From Paramoeba atlantica (taxonomy: Eukaryota > Protista > Discosea), in the NCBI GenBank assembly GCA_977017575.1, contig CDRNVI010000019.1, forward strand, positions 576,630 to 640,629: a DNA stretch of 64,000 nucleotides, given 5' to 3'. Both the position numbers and the translations under genes were made by a program. Below the pieces are notes generated by a model, which searched no databases, was not told the origin of the DNA, and saw nothing but the letters and a program-made list of their open reading frames with translations. This document shows, piece by piece, positions 62,982-64,000 of the stretch; the stretch's first letter is position 1, and each line of letters begins with the position of its first letter.

Positions 62982-64000
62982 TTTTTTTTTTTTTTTTTTT
63001 TTTTTTTGCGATTAATAAGGGGGGAGAAGTATGAAACGCGGCATTGCCTCTATATTACCCAATACATGAACCATGAAGGTCCATTGGGGGGGGTATATGA
63101 TTTGTAAACAAGCAATCAAATTAGCAATTTCACATGTTGTAGCCCAAAACTAGTAATTCAACCTGCCTTAAGTTATTTATGATTCTGATAACAATAATAA
63201 TAAAAAAGGAAGCAATCCACGCCCAATCCATCCGCGCGTTCCGGACCGGGTCTTTCGACCTCACCACGGCCTGACTTGTGGACCCTTCCCTTGTTATATG
63301 GGAGGGCGCAGGCGCGGGCCTGTGTCGACAGCGACACGGTCGCGAAACAGGAAGCTGGTCGACGGGGAGGAGATTCACTACCCGTGTACTACCTCACTTG
63401 GGGTACCTAGCCCTCGGCGAGCTAGGCGTGAGCATAGACTCTGTCGACTCGACCAGCTTCCAGATCAGTTGTTTCCGAGGGCGCTAACGTGGGCCTGTGC
63501 CGACAACGGTGTGGTTAGGAAACGATTATCCCACGAGGGCTACTTACTCCGTTACCAAGCTATTGCTCGATCAGCGGAGTGGGAAGGTCGTCTACCGGCA
63601 TTCTTGATATCATCATACGTGCCTGGCGACGCATCAGCGTTATGTTCAAGTCTGTGACGAGCTGTAGCGTAGCTGCTCCGTCACTGAGAATGCCGTTGGA
63701 CGCTTTGGCCCGACGTTCTCCTACTTTCCGAAGTACTGCTAAGGCACTAGAGCTCCAAGAGCCGTAGCTCTCTACGACCATTGCTGTGAAGTCGCTTCCC
63801 GCCGACTCAGATTCACGGCGCTGTCGAGCTTTCTGGTCGGAGGCGTAGTGCTCAGCGAAAGACCCCGCGGCCACCCAGCTAGCATTTCGGACTGTGTCCG
63901 TGTATTTTGATTGCTGGGCGTGAGTGACCGCGAAGTCAAGCACTATAGGTTTTCCGAGGAAGAGGCTCGGCATGAAGACGTCCCCCGGTCTGGTCAAGGC
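62982..64000 (-). pseudogene. CRE-B 3' end (RLE, 3' UTR, poly(A)), running off the window
   Basis: TRPGDV..LDFAVTH..ESYG. Stop at 63560; poly(A) 62982-63007. Confidence 0.88.

Noticed and set aside
3036-63767. Many 60-200-aa antisense or alternate-frame ORFs in the track
   Set aside because: They are shadows of retroelement ORFs, with no independent motifs.
1-64000. Whole window as a cDNA-concatemer or amplification artefact
   Set aside because: Nested insertions with TSDs and frame-restoring excisions (Merlin, SINEs, LINE end, both YR elements) show genomic layering. Individual junctions still need long-read confirmation.

Overview
This is a 64-kb eukaryotic region made almost entirely of stacked and nested retroelements. 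I recognise no host housekeeping gene. The host is most likely a euglenozoan, inferred from ten copies or fragments of a 36-39-nt sequence, (AA)CTTTAACGATAAAGATACAGTTTCTGTACCTTGTTG. It carries the CAGTTTCTGTAC core and terminal TTG of kinetoplastid/diplonemid spliced leaders (SL). Contents: (i) at least three lineages of CRE/SLACS-type non-LTR retrotransposons (RT plus C-terminal CCHC and PD-D restriction-like endonuclease), called CRE-A, CRE-B and CRE-C here, with four intact SL-capped ORFs and many fragments; (ii) two tyrosine-recombinase retrotransposons in gag-YR-RT/RNaseH order (VIPER/TATE-like), one with perfect split direct repeats; (iii) an APE-RT-RNaseH LINE split by the second YR element, plus the 3' end of a second RNaseH LINE; (iv) a Merlin (IS1595/ISXO2-like) DNA transposon with TIRs and a 9-bp TSD; (v) a ~540-bp highly structured SINE-like retroposon in two copies; (vi) a 43 x 18-bp satellite. 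Most striking: SL exons fused to the 5' ends of CRE elements and directly preceded by the poly(A) tail of the previous element; an Ataxin-2/Pbp1 LsmAD-like domain at the N-terminus of CRE-B proteins; a small module apparently shared by three unrelated retroelement classes; a possible double-recoding layout in the YR elements; and a triple covarying RNA module in the SINE. All assignments were made by eye from motifs. No searches were run.
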